From positions 1 to 64,000 of IMG/VR virus record IMGVR_UViG_3300009161_000033: a DNA stretch of 64,000 bases; one strand, 5' to 3'. The notes beneath the pieces are model-generated. The model did no database searches. It was not told the origin of the DNA and saw only the letters and a program-made list of their open reading frames with translations. This DNA is from a virus. Shown piece by piece: positions 7,068 through 17,362 of this stretch (the stretch's first letter is position 1; each line of letters starts with the position of its first letter). The position numbers and the translations under genes were made by a program.

Positions 7068-9857
7068 ATGATAAGTCAAGAAGAAATTAAATCCTTCCTT
7101 GAAGGTGGTGACCCAGAGGAGTTCATCGTAGCAATTGAGTTTGATTACGCATCCAATTGTATTTTTAAAATCAAAGAAATTCCTGGTAAAGGTAAAGAAA
7201 TTAGAAAAGACACATTCACCCCATTCGCTTGGGTTGGTGATTTACGTGGATTAAATTTCTATCAATCATCGAAAGGTGCTCAAAAAGAAGCCATGAGCAA
7301 ACATGGTATTATGATTGAGAAATTAGAAACTGATGGTAATGAAAGATTAGACCAAGGTCTTAATTACATGGTTAAATCCTTAAAGGGTTACCGAGAATTA
7401 ATCCAATTTTTCAGAGATGGTGGAGTAGACCCATGGGGTGAAAGAACCAAAGACAAAATATTAATTCTACCTCCTGTAGAACAATACTTAATCCAAAAAG
7501 AAAAACGACTATTCAAAGGATATGAAGAATATAATGATATCACGAGATTAGGATTCGACTTAGAGACGACCGCGTTAGAACCAAAAGACGGTCGTATATT
7601 CATGATTGGAATCAAAACAAATAAAGGTTACAAAAAAGTAATTGAGTGTTCAACACCTGAAGAAGAACGAAGAGGTTTAGTTGAATTCTTTGAAATTATT
7701 AATGAAATTAAACCAAGTATTATTGGTGGGTATAACTCATTTAACTTTGACTGGTATTGGATTTTTGAAAGATGTAGAGCATTGAATCTTGATATTAAGA
7801 AGATATGTAAAACATTGAATCCTAAGATTAATATCAAGCAAAGTGAGAACATGTTAAAACTAGCCAACGAGGTTGAGAGATACAATCAGGTCGGTATGTG
7901 GGGATATAATATCATAGATATCATTCACTCAGTTAGACGAGCCCAAGCAATCAATTCAAGTATTAAGTCAGCGGGTTTGAAATATATAACTCAATACATC
8001 AATGCTGAAGCGAATGACCGTGTATATATTGACCATGATAAGATTGGTTCAATGTATGCCGAGAAAGATGAGTATTGGTTAAACATTCAAAATGGTAAAT
8101 ACAAAAAGGCAAACAACCCTGAGTTTGACAATTTAGACACCCGTTTTCCTGGTACTTATATTAAGACCACAGGTGATGACATTGTGGAGCGTTATCTTGA
8201 TGATGACTTGGAGGAAACGTTATTGGTGGATGATGAATTCAACCAAGGAACGTTTCTATTAGCATCCATGATTCCAACTACTTATGAGAGAGTTTCTACA
8301 ATGGGGACCGCAACACTATGGAAGATGTTGATGTTAGCGTGGTCATACAAATACAAATTAGCAATCCCTAAGAAAAACGAAAAGACAGAATTTGTTGGTG
8401 GATTATCAAGATTACTTAAAGTAGGATACTCAAGAAATGTATTAAAACTTGACTACTCTTCACTATACCCATCAATTCAATTGGTACATGATGTATTCCC
8501 TGAATGTGATATCCGAGGTGCGATGAAAGGAATGTTATCTTATTTCCGTAACGCTCGTATCATGTATAAAAACTTAGCATCAGAATGGTATGATAAAGAT
8601 AAAAAGAAATCATTATCGTATGACCGTAAACAGTTACCAATTAAGATTTTCATCAACTCCATGTTTGGAGCGTTATCAGCACCGCAAGTATTTGCGTGGG
8701 GTGACATGTATATGGGAGAACAAATTACTTGTACAGGTAGACAATATCTTCGTCAGATGATTAGATTCTTTATGAAGAAGGGTTATACACCTCTTGTAAT
8801 GGATACCGATGGTGTCAACTTCTCAAAACCTGAGGGTTGGGAAAATAGACGATATATTGGTAAAGGTTTGAATTGGAAAGTTAAAGAGGGTAAGGAATAT
8901 ACAGGTGATGACGCTGACGTTGCGGAGTTCAATGACATGTTCATGAGAGGTGAAATGGCGTTAGATACCGATGGAACATGGCCATCATGTATTAACTTGG
9001 CTCGTAAGAACTATGCGGTTATGGAAGCCAGCGGGAAGATTAAGTTAACGGGTAATACAATTAAATCTAAAAAACTTCCGTTGTATATTGAGGATTTCTT
9101 AGATAAGGGAGTTAAACAATTACTTGAGGGTAAAGGACAGGAATTTGTTGAATGGTATTATGAGTATGTCAATAAGATTTACGACCAACAAATCCCACTT
9201 ATGAAGATTGCTCAAAGAGCTAAAGTAAAACTCTCAATGGAGGATTATATTAAACGTTCTACTCAAAAGACAAAGTCAGGTGGTGCGATGAGTATGATGG
9301 CTCATATGGAATTGGCTGCAAAGAATAAATTAAATGTTAGTTTAGGTGATGTTATTTATTATGTTAATAACGGAACCAAAGCATCACAAGGTGATGTACA
9401 AAAAGTGAATAAACTTAAGAGGGGTTGGAGTTCAGAACAATTACAATACTATTTTTCAGACCATGGAAAATACCCTGAAGATTCTATGACATCAATGGTT
9501 CAGATTAATTGTTATATATTGGACCCATCAGAGATTGAGAATAATCCTGATATGAAAGGTGAATACAATGTCGCAAGAGCCATTACAACTTTCAACAAAC
9601 GTATTGAACCTTTATTGGTTGTTTTTAATAAAGAAATTAGAGATGAACTGTTGGTTACTAATCCTGAAGATAGAAGTTTCTTTACTAAAGTACAATGTGA
9701 GTTGATTAATGGAGTTCCATTTGATGAAAGTGGTCAAGATAATTTAGAAGAAGTATTGGCACTTTCTGAGGGAGAAGTTAAATATTGGGATAAACGAGGA
9801 ATTGACCCTAACTACATATATGAATTAGCGTCTGATGGATGGGAAGAGTTTGTTTAA
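7068..9857 (+). CDS. polB: Family B DNA polymerase with 3'-5' exonuclease
   Basis: ExoI FDLET, ExoII YNSFNFD, ExoIII YLDDD; polymerase motifs DYSSLYPS, KIFINSMFG, MDTDG, KNYA. Confidence 0.95.
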   Translation: MISQEEIKSFLEGGDPEEFIVAIEFDYASNCIFKIKEIPGKGKEIRKDTFTPFAWVGDLRGLNFYQSSKGAQKEAMSKHGIMIEKLETDGNERLDQGLNYMVKSLKGYRELIQFFRDGGVDPWGERTKDKILILPPVEQYLIQKEKRLFKGYEEYNDITRLGFDLETTALEPKDGRIFMIGIKTNKGYKKVIECSTPEEERRGLVEFFEIINEIKPSIIGGYNSFNFDWYWIFERCRALNLDIKKICKTLNPKINIKQSENMLKLANEVERYNQVGMWGYNIIDIIHSVRRAQAINSSIKSAGLKYITQYINAEANDRVYIDHDKIGSMYAEKDEYWLNIQNGKYKKANNPEFDNLDTRFPGTYIKTTGDDIVERYLDDDLEETLLVDDEFNQGTFLLASMIPTTYERVSTMGTATLWKMLMLAWSYKYKLAIPKKNEKTEFVGGLSRLLKVGYSRNVLKLDYSSLYPSIQLVHDVFPECDIRGAMKGMLSYFRNARIMYKNLASEWYDKDKKKSLSYDRKQLPIKIFINSMFGALSAPQVFAWGDMYMGEQITCTGRQYLRQMIRFFMKKGYTPLVMDTDGVNFSKPEGWENRRYIGKGLNWKVKEGKEYTGDDADVAEFNDMFMRGEMALDTDGTWPSCINLARKNYAVMEASGKIKLTGNTIKSKKLPLYIEDFLDKGVKQLLEGKGQEFVEWYYEYVNKIYDQQIPLMKIAQRAKVKLSMEDYIKRSTQKTKSGGAMSMMAHMELAAKNKLNVSLGDVIYYVNNGTKASQGDVQKVNKLKRGWSSEQLQYYFSDHGKYPEDSMTSMVQINCYILDPSEIENNPDMKGEYNVARAITTFNKRIEPLLVVFNKEIRDELLVTNPEDRSFFTKVQCELINGVPFDESGQDNLEEVLALSEGEVKYWDKRGIDPNYIYELASDGWEEFV

Positions 9858-10207
9858 TCAAACTTTATCCCATCTGATGAGGTGATTAACCAAGTGTCCT
9901 CAACAAATTGTAAATGGATACAAGCTCCCTTTTCTAAGTGGAGCTCGTCCCATTCATCATCAATTTTATTAACGTCAGGTTTGATTATTGTTTTAGTTAA
10001 AGATTTTACAAGAACAAAAATATTTTTAGTAGAATCTAAAATAATATCAGAATTCTCAGGGTCTCTAACAACAATGAATATTTCTTCATTAAGTTTTTCT
10101 TCTTTAGGTTGGGGTATAACTTGATTATCAACCACAACAACAGTTGGGTTCATTCTTGTTTGATACCTTACGATATTTTTTCTTGGTGTAAAATCAACTG
10201 TTCTCAT
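9854..10207 (-). CDS. Hypothetical protein (possible small structural protein)
   Basis: 117-aa ORF translationally coupled (TAATG) to the neck gene; beta-rich C-terminus. Confidence 0.65.
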   Translation of the reverse strand: MRTVDFTPRKNIVRYQTRMNPTVVVVDNQVIPQPKEEKLNEEIFIVVRDPENSDIILDSTKNIFVLVKSLTKTIIKPDVNKIDDEWDELHLEKGACIHLQFVEDTWLITSSDGIKFD

Positions 10208-11334
10208 TAGATTACATATATTTGTCTCGGCATTGCCGTGAATTTCTTTTGTTTGTTTAGGTTTTCAGCAAGTAACGCCTCCCTTTCCATAACCTTTTCA
10301 GGTTTTAATCTTGTTAGACGACCTTCAGCTCCGATTAGTTCCTCAATTAATTTAGTTTTTTCATCTTTCGCTTCAGTTGCTAATGATTGATAGTCCATGG
10401 TTAATTCACTGTCAGGTGTTTTGATATTACCACTAAATTTACCTCTAACTCTTGATAAGGATTCTTTAGCATATGCAAAGAACCATCTACGAATCCAAAT
10501 TTGTGATGGGTTATTTAAATCAACCCATGAGATTTTCTCAAATGGCACATCGGAAGGTAATTTAATAATGTCAGGATTGTCCTTTAAACATTTATCTCTG
10601 TCGGCACCATCAACTTCATAATAGTGATACCAAACTCTACCTTTTGTCATTGTCCCATTACCAAAATCAAATTTACCGCCAGGTGTATTCATTAAATGTA
10701 TCGCTTTCTTACCTTCAGGTAACGCGGTAATTTTATAAGTTAAATCACCTGCGATGATACGTCTTTGAATATTAATTTCTTGCATTCTTAATAACATGTC
10801 AAAAGCGGGCATCATAAAATATCCACCTGCCATACCACCACCTTGAGCGAGTCCTCCTCCACCACCAAGTCCTCCTCCGACACCTAACGCCCCGAAAGAC
10901 CATGGGTCAAACATGATGTTATTTAATTCTGCGGGTGTGAACCATAATAGTTCATTAATTTCTCTACCTGCAGGGATTTCATATGATTGTTGATTTCTAA
11001 CTAATTGGATATAGTCTTTCTTTAGAACCGAATCACCACCCGCTTGTAAACCAACAATTTTGGAGTACGCGTAAGTGTATCGTTCTTCATAAGTCAAACT
11101 TTTGGTTATGAAGGCTTTAGATAAAGATTGTGTATCTAAATTAAGATTATAAAGAGAGGTCCATTGTGATTCAATTAACCAATCTTGTACGTATTGGGAG
11201 TAGTCTTCAATAGATAACTCAAGTAGTGAATCCAACATCTCATCTTCAAGTTCGACACTTCTAAGAGGAGCTCCTAATAGGTGTCGTAATCTTGTGTAAA
11301 GTTGACTTCTTTCTGGTTCTGCGATAATTGACAT
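10207..11334 (-). CDS. Neck protein (T4 gp13-like head-tail adaptor)
   Basis: N-terminal LRHLLGAPLRSVELEDEML and C-terminal AKESLSRVRGKF resemble T4 gp13-family signatures. Confidence 0.75.
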   Translation of the reverse strand: MSIIAEPERSQLYTRLRHLLGAPLRSVELEDEMLDSLLELSIEDYSQYVQDWLIESQWTSLYNLNLDTQSLSKAFITKSLTYEERYTYAYSKIVGLQAGGDSVLKKDYIQLVRNQQSYEIPAGREINELLWFTPAELNNIMFDPWSFGALGVGGGLGGGGGLAQGGGMAGGYFMMPAFDMLLRMQEINIQRRIIAGDLTYKITALPEGKKAIHLMNTPGGKFDFGNGTMTKGRVWYHYYEVDGADRDKCLKDNPDIIKLPSDVPFEKISWVDLNNPSQIWIRRWFFAYAKESLSRVRGKFSGNIKTPDSELTMDYQSLATEAKDEKTKLIEELIGAEGRLTRLKPEKVMEREALLAENLNKQKKFTAMPRQIYVI

Positions 11335-11356
11335 GTTTTGTTTTTCTATATAAATA

Positions 11357-12895
11357 TCAATTCAATGTATAAATTAAATCTTCTTCAGGGAAAACATATG
11401 ACCCACCAACAATCTTAACGTTTTTATTATCAAAAATTAAGACCTCTTTATTTTTTCTTGAGAATACCATCCAAGATGTGTGATATTTTTTAACCTGTCC
11501 CGTATCCAATACAATTATGGTTCCTTTTTCTTTTTTAACACGACTAAATGGTTTTATTTGAGCAGTATATTCAACATTATCAACAGTTACCTTACAGTCA
11601 ATACCCCCTAGCATATCTTCTTTGTTACCTAATTCACCAATTTGTTCAACATTATCATCACCAAATTTTTTTTTCATAACTTTGACAGTATAGTCTTCAG
11701 TTTCACTACCCATATCATGGGTAATACCTAAAGTCGCCATTAAATTTTGGAAAGTGCCTGACTCAGGTGTAAAAATTCTATCTTTATATTCGTTTAACTT
11801 CTTAACAAATTTTTTAGTTTCACTAATTTGTTCAAAAGGTTTTAAACCAATTATTTTTATTTCAGGCTGACCATAATGTTTTAACACTTTATTAATGTCA
11901 GTCAATAGAATGCAGAAACAAGTGTAGTTAGTATTAAGTTTGTTGATAACCGACCTACCAGTCCCCTCAAAATCGTATATACCCGACATTTGACCTTCAC
12001 CATATTCATTAGCTTTATAAAAGTTATCAGGAAAGACACTTTTTAAAATATCCTCAATCCCGTATCTAAATGTATTTTTAACTTTTGGATTAATATTGAA
12101 AACAAAACGAATTGCTTCGTTCATATCTCTACCACATTTTTCAGACTTACCTTCAGACAAAACGTTTCTTAATGAAACTGTCTCATTTAATTTTTTCTTA
12201 ACACGTAAATCAAGTAACTCATTAACAAATTTCCAATTAACACATTTCCAAAAGTTTTTAATGTATTCATCTTTTTTGTTACGGTACTTTAGATAATATG
12301 CGTGTTCCCATAAATCTAACCCTAACACAGGATACCCACCATTTTCAACAACGTTCATTAATGGATTATCTTGATTGGGGGTTGAAATAATTTTTAAAGT
12401 GTTTCGTTTAGTTAGAACCAACCAAACCCATCCTGAACCAAAACGTTCTTTAGCTATCTCCTCAAATTTAACTTTGAACTTTTGAAATGTTCCAAAATTT
12501 TTCTTAATTAATTCTAAAATTTCTCCTGAAGGTGACTGTGTTTTAGGAGATAACATTTTCCAAAATAACGCGTGATTAAAAGCACCACCAGCGTTATTTC
12601 TAATTGTTTTATCAAATTTACTAATTGATTTGATAATTTCTTCTAACTCTAAATCTCCATAATCTTTCTTGGATAAAGCGGAATTTAATTTTTCCACATA
12701 ACCTTTATAATGTTTATTATAATGGTACTCCATTGTTTCGGCATCAATAAATTGTTTTAGTGATGAATAGGCGTAAGGTAATTTTTCAATCCCTATTTTT
12801 TTCATTTCAGTTAGAAAGAGAGTTTGGTTTTCTTTTTTCTCTTCAATGATTAACTGTTCTGTAATTAAGTTAATCTTCTCTTCTATTTTTTTCAT
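11357..12895 (-). CDS. sodA: Mn/Fe superoxide dismutase fused to a C-terminal putative PD-(D/E)xK-like domain
   Basis: LPYAYSSL, HYNKHY, NNAGGAFNHALFW, FGSGWVWL, TPNQD and DLWEHAYY (all four metal ligands present), followed by about 270 extra aa containing GIDC...TAQIKP. Confidence 0.9.
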   Translation of the reverse strand: MKKIEEKINLITEQLIIEEKKENQTLFLTEMKKIGIEKLPYAYSSLKQFIDAETMEYHYNKHYKGYVEKLNSALSKKDYGDLELEEIIKSISKFDKTIRNNAGGAFNHALFWKMLSPKTQSPSGEILELIKKNFGTFQKFKVKFEEIAKERFGSGWVWLVLTKRNTLKIISTPNQDNPLMNVVENGGYPVLGLDLWEHAYYLKYRNKKDEYIKNFWKCVNWKFVNELLDLRVKKKLNETVSLRNVLSEGKSEKCGRDMNEAIRFVFNINPKVKNTFRYGIEDILKSVFPDNFYKANEYGEGQMSGIYDFEGTGRSVINKLNTNYTCFCILLTDINKVLKHYGQPEIKIIGLKPFEQISETKKFVKKLNEYKDRIFTPESGTFQNLMATLGITHDMGSETEDYTVKVMKKKFGDDNVEQIGELGNKEDMLGGIDCKVTVDNVEYTAQIKPFSRVKKEKGTIIVLDTGQVKKYHTSWMVFSRKNKEVLIFDNKNVKIVGGSYVFPEEDLIYTLN

Positions 12896-12911
12896 ATCTA
12901 TAAATATGAAA

Positions 12912-14678
12912 CTAACTCCGATTATTAATCTTGTTCATTAAGACCTCAATAAAATCACCTTTTTCTTCTACGTTATCACCCATTACAGTATCAATAATAT
13001 TTTTCTTATTTGACAACATATCATATATAACACCCTCAATAGTGTTTTCAAAAATTGGGTAGTATACTGAAACATTTGATTTTTGTCCGTAACGGTACGC
13101 TCTATCCTCAGCTTGTGAATGGTCTGAAGGTACAAATGATAAGTCATTCATAATAACGGCCTCAGCAGAAGTTAGAGTAATACCAACACCTGCTGCTTTT
13201 AAGTTCCCAACAAAGACTTTAATTTTATCGTTCTCTTGAAATTGGTCAACCGCATATTGTCTTTGTGGTTTAGTACAAGACCCGTCTAAATAAACGGACT
13301 GTTTACCAAAGTGAGAATGTATTTTTTGTAATGTATCTGTAAAGTTTGTGAAGATAATAACTTTTTTATCTTGGTCAATGATATTCTGAGCTAGTTCAAT
13401 TGTATCATTTATTTTTTCTTCCGCAATCACCTGTCTAACTTTCATTAGTTTAGAGAATTGTACGGTTAATGATGAGGATTCTTCGGCTCTATTTTTATAC
13501 CAATCATAATATTCCCCCATCAGGCCTTCATATAATTTTGATTTTAAACGTAAATAAATTGGTGTGATAATTTTATCAGGTAAATCCAATACCTCAGTCT
13601 TTAAACGTCTTAGTACTTGACGAGAAGTTCTATCTCTTAATTCTTCTAAATTAGACGCTCCTGAAGTATTCCAAATTTTTCTATTACCCGCTTTAAATTG
13701 ATAACCTTGACAATAACGAATTGCATAAGCCATCCAATTCTGAGCCACAGGACTCTCAATTAGGTTCAACAAATTATAATAATTCATTGGTCGTGATGTC
13801 ATTGGTGTTCCTGTTAATAACCATAACTTATCAGTTCGTTTACTGAAATGGTTAACTAATTTGGTTCTTTGAGCCTGTCCATTTTGGATATAATGTGCTT
13901 CATCAATAATAATTAAATCAGGATTGAATTGATAAATTAAAGTTTCTTCATTTTTTTTGATATCGTAGAAATTCTTTAAAATATCATAATTAACAATTAC
14001 AAAATCGTGTTCTGTTGAAAAGTTTTTACCTTCTGCAATATAAACACTTCTATCCGTATAATTTTCAATCTCTCGTTGCCAATTAATTTTTAGAGATGCA
14101 GGACAAATTATAAGAATTCTTTTTGCTCCCGTTTCTATTGCTGCTATAATTGTTGAGGTTGTTTTACCTAACCCCATATCGTCAGCCAAAATAAATCTTT
14201 TGGAACCTGCTAATTTCTCAATCGCCTCCTTTTGGTGAGTAAGTGGAGGCCTATGACCATACTTTAAATAATCAATCTCAACCTTCTCAACCTTATGAGT
14301 TTTTAATAACGCTCCTTTAGGTAACCAAAAATCATGTATTTGTTCGTTATCAAGGACCTTACCCCAAATATGATATGATTTTTCTTTTTCAGCCAATAAC
14401 TTTTCAACCCAAACTTCTTTAGGTATATCGGTATATAATTTTTCATCTGCAATCTTTTTTGCAAAGTATGGGTCTAACTCAACCCATTTTTTAGCGACCT
14501 TTGGAGACTTGTCATGGAAGTTAAGAATATATTCAGATTGGGCTCTTGTAGGGTAAAACTTCTTATTAGTTTCTTTTTGATATCTTAATTTTAAGATGTA
14601 GTTATTTCCACCTGAATATGTATCAAGTATTAACAAAGCATTTTGTTCAATAACATTAATTGTATTTCCTGTAATCAA
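12912..14678 (-). CDS. SNF2-family (SMARCAL1/HARP-like) helicase/ATPase
   Basis: ADDMGLGKT, CPASLK.NW, IIDEAH, LTGTP, AGVGITL, QAEDRAYRYGQ. Confidence 0.92.
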   Translation of the reverse strand: MITGNTINVIEQNALLILDTYSGGNNYILKLRYQKETNKKFYPTRAQSEYILNFHDKSPKVAKKWVELDPYFAKKIADEKLYTDIPKEVWVEKLLAEKEKSYHIWGKVLDNEQIHDFWLPKGALLKTHKVEKVEIDYLKYGHRPPLTHQKEAIEKLAGSKRFILADDMGLGKTTSTIIAAIETGAKRILIICPASLKINWQREIENYTDRSVYIAEGKNFSTEHDFVIVNYDILKNFYDIKKNEETLIYQFNPDLIIIDEAHYIQNGQAQRTKLVNHFSKRTDKLWLLTGTPMTSRPMNYYNLLNLIESPVAQNWMAYAIRYCQGYQFKAGNRKIWNTSGASNLEELRDRTSRQVLRRLKTEVLDLPDKIITPIYLRLKSKLYEGLMGEYYDWYKNRAEESSSLTVQFSKLMKVRQVIAEEKINDTIELAQNIIDQDKKVIIFTNFTDTLQKIHSHFGKQSVYLDGSCTKPQRQYAVDQFQENDKIKVFVGNLKAAGVGITLTSAEAVIMNDLSFVPSDHSQAEDRAYRYGQKSNVSVYYPIFENTIEGVIYDMLSNKKNIIDTVMGDNVEEKGDFIEVLMNKINNRS

Positions 14679-14726
14679 AGATTTACGTTTTAGTTAAAAA
14701 TAAGTATTAATAGGATATTTATCAAT

Positions 14727-15242
14727 ATGTCAGAGAATAAAGTTCCAATTACAAGAATAGGTAAATTTTTCGGTGCCGAAGATTACGACCTTGATATCTC
14801 CATGGGAGAAGAATGGTTGTATGGTGATATGAATTTCACATTAGTGTTATACCGAGTTGATAGACAAAAAACAAAAACGGATGATGTTTATGGTGAGACC
14901 ATAACTGACGGGATTAAATTCTTACCTCCGATTGAATTTAAAGGACACGTACAAATCATGGCACCTGAAAATAAAAACTTGGGTAATTCTAAGATTGAAC
15001 AGTTTGAACCTGGTAACTTGAAAGTTTCGGTTTATCAAAAACAATTGGATGAATTAGGAGTTGATATTAACTTTGGTGATTACATTGGGTACTATGAAAC
15101 TGAGGATAGAGTTAGGTATTATACGGTGAATAATGATGGAAGGGTAATCTCTGATAACAAACATACTTACGCAGGGTATAGACCGTTCTACAGAACAATT
15201 ATAGCGTCTGCGGTTGTGAATAATGAATTTAGAGGACTATAA
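14727..15242 (+). CDS. Putative head closure/neck protein (gp14-like)
   Basis: LYRVD...DDVYGE...GDYI pattern; lies upstream of the tail terminator and sheath genes. Confidence 0.55.
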   Translation: MSENKVPITRIGKFFGAEDYDLDISMGEEWLYGDMNFTLVLYRVDRQKTKTDDVYGETITDGIKFLPPIEFKGHVQIMAPENKNLGNSKIEQFEPGNLKVSVYQKQLDELGVDINFGDYIGYYETEDRVRYYTVNNDGRVISDNKHTYAGYRPFYRTIIASAVVNNEFRGL

Positions 15243-15538
15243 TGGATATACTAATCACAGAAAATCAGGTTGACGTATTAAGAAGGTTACACGAGATAGG
15301 TAAGATTGTTGACTATGTTATTGATTCGTTGAATGATGACATTAAACTAGGAGGGCCAGGTAATAAACCTGACAACTTCGGTGTGTATGAAAATTGGGTT
15401 AGTCAAAGAGTTAGTTCAATGTTTAAACGTAGATATCCCGATATTGATTTTGATAAATATGATTTTCGGTTGATTGTGTCAGGACAACATAATGATGAAC
15501 TTAGAAAAGGTTTTAATAAAGTTAGAAAGAGAAAATGA
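15242..15538 (+). CDS. Hypothetical protein with MDILITENQ leader
   Basis: 98-aa ORF coupled to both neighbours (TAATG, ATGA). Confidence 0.7.
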   Translation: MDILITENQVDVLRRLHEIGKIVDYVIDSLNDDIKLGGPGNKPDNFGVYENWVSQRVSSMFKRRYPDIDFDKYDFRLIVSGQHNDELRKGFNKVRKRK

Positions 15539-16083
15539 AAATTATAATTACAGAAGAACAAAGAAAAATGATTCTTGAATCTGTTACAAATAATGAAGTA
15601 ATTTGTGACAAATGTGGATGGGAATGGGATTTATCTGATGGAGGTGAAGACCCCTATATCTGTCATGAATGTGGACATAACAATTTCAAAGAAGATTACC
15701 GAGGAAAACGTGTTATGGTTTATTATAATTTACACAAACATACTTTTTCGGTTACTTATGACTCAATTGTTATAATGCACGCCGACTATGTTAAGTTAAA
15801 AGATGTTGAGTTTAGAGTTAGACAGGGGGGTAAAGAAAAAGTTAGAGGAGAAAAAAGAAAGAACGTTCACGCGTTTGTTATTGGAACATTAGTTGATTAT
15901 TGTAAATATCCTTGTGAAAATATGCCTGAAGAAAGTAACGATAATATTGTTACTTACGACCCATACAAGTATGATAGTTTTGTTTATAAGTCAACTAAAG
16001 AACCTGTTTATAGAGCCAAAGAGGTTGATATGGTTAACCAAAAAAATAAATTATTCGTCATTAACGAAATAAGACAATATTAA
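15535..16083 (+). CDS. Hypothetical protein: MKIIITEEQ leader, Zn-ribbon, and conserved phage domain
   Basis: CDKC-x13-CHEC, then VYYNLHK...KNVHAFV...YDPYK. Confidence 0.7.
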   Translation: MKIIITEEQRKMILESVTNNEVICDKCGWEWDLSDGGEDPYICHECGHNNFKEDYRGKRVMVYYNLHKHTFSVTYDSIVIMHADYVKLKDVEFRVRQGGKEKVRGEKRKNVHAFVIGTLVDYCKYPCENMPEESNDNIVTYDPYKYDSFVYKSTKEPVYRAKEVDMVNQKNKLFVINEIRQY

Positions 16084-16084
16084 G

Positions 16085-17122
16085 ATGCCATTACCTAAGA
16101 AAATAAAAAAACATATTCCGTTAACAGAATCAAAAACTCTTTTACCAAGAAGACAAGAGTTAGTTGATAAGATAAATAAAGATGGTACTTATTTACCAAA
16201 ATCTTTATTACATGCCGATTTAGATAGAGGGTTTTTAGATTTTGTTAAAGACGAATTAAAAACTATTGTTGACGGTAAAAAAATACCAACAATTGATATA
16301 TTAGTTACAACTCAAAATTGGGCTCAATTTACTGAGACTTGGAATTTACAAAATATTGATAAGAATGTTGAACCACCATTTATAACAACGGTTAGAGTTC
16401 CTGAAGTTAAATTCGGAACCAATCCCGCAGTGTTATATAATATCCCAAACAGAAGACAGTATTTTTACGCTCAAGTTCCAACATGGGATGGGCAAAGAAG
16501 TGGTACAGATATTTATAAAATTCCTCAACCTGTTCCTGTTGATATTAGTTTTACGGTTAAAATTGTTTGTAATAGAATGAGAGAACTTAACGAGTTCAAC
16601 AAAAACGTAATTGAAAAGTTTGCGTCTAAACAAGCGTATCAAGTTATCAAGGGTCATTACATTCCAATTGTAATGGGTAATATTTCTGACGAATCAGTAA
16701 TGGAATTAGAAAAAAGAAAGTTCTACATCCAAAGTTATGAATTCACAATGTTGGGATTTTTAATCGATGAAAATGAGTTTGAAATTTCACCAGCAATTTC
16801 ACGAGTTTTACAAGTTGTTGAGTTTGAGACGGGGGTTACTAAACGACAACCTAAGAAAGATATTTTTAAAGGTGGTAATGAATTATCAGTTTTATTTGTT
16901 GTTGGTAACGATACCAATTCACAAATATTTGATTATACCACAAATATTTTAATTGGGTCAACAATTAATGTTGAATCCTTTGATGTGTTCATTAATAATG
17001 ATTATTATGGTTCAGATTTGACCGAAATTCAAATTAATACTAACGACAAATTAAAAATTGTTGTTATTAAACAAGACAGTGGTCAAGAATCAACAATTAA
17101 CTTAATAAGTAACTTACTTTAA
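16085..17122 (+). CDS. Putative tail terminator/completion protein (gp15-like)
   Basis: Position before the sheath gene; PVPVDISFTV...MRELN and FYIQSYEFTMLG resemble the tail-terminator fold. Confidence 0.55.
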   Translation: MPLPKKIKKHIPLTESKTLLPRRQELVDKINKDGTYLPKSLLHADLDRGFLDFVKDELKTIVDGKKIPTIDILVTTQNWAQFTETWNLQNIDKNVEPPFITTVRVPEVKFGTNPAVLYNIPNRRQYFYAQVPTWDGQRSGTDIYKIPQPVPVDISFTVKIVCNRMRELNEFNKNVIEKFASKQAYQVIKGHYIPIVMGNISDESVMELEKRKFYIQSYEFTMLGFLIDENEFEISPAISRVLQVVEFETGVTKRQPKKDIFKGGNELSVLFVVGNDTNSQIFDYTTNILIGSTINVESFDVFINNDYYGSDLTEIQINTNDKLKIVVIKQDSGQESTINLISNLL

Positions 17123-17283
17123 TTCTCACCGTAGATATCGGGCTTTTCCTTACACTTCTCTATAATCATTCTTTCTAAGAACCGATACATCTTGATACCA
17201 TTCTTTTCACAATATGTCTTTAGGATATCGTGAACCTCAATTGATATCTTTAAGTTCTTTATTTTTTTCTCTTTGTTCTCCAT
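17119..17283 (-). CDS. Small ribbon-helix-helix DNA-binding protein (54 aa, absent from the ORF track)
   Basis: Manual translation MENKEKKIKNLKISIEVHDILKTYCEKNGIKMYRFLERMIIEKCKEKPDIYGEN shows an alternating beta-strand (KNLKIS), a helix, a G turn and a second helix. Confidence 0.75.
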   Translation of the reverse strand: MENKEKKIKNLKISIEVHDILKTYCEKNGIKMYRFLERMIIEKCKEKPDIYGEN

Positions 17284-17312
17284 GGTAGAAAAAAGGTAGA
17301 ATTTATTCTACC
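17284..17312. promoter_or_regulatory. Putative operator: palindrome GGTAGAAT-TT-ATTCTACC plus an extra GGTAGAA half-site
   Basis: Perfect 8-bp inverted repeat at 17295-17302/17305-17312 and a direct copy at 17284-17290, between the RHH start codon and its TATTTATA motif (17318-17325, minus strand). Confidence 0.6.
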
Positions 17313-17362
17313 CAATTTATAAATACTTGCAATAAAGTAAAGTATTTTGGTTTTTTCACTAA

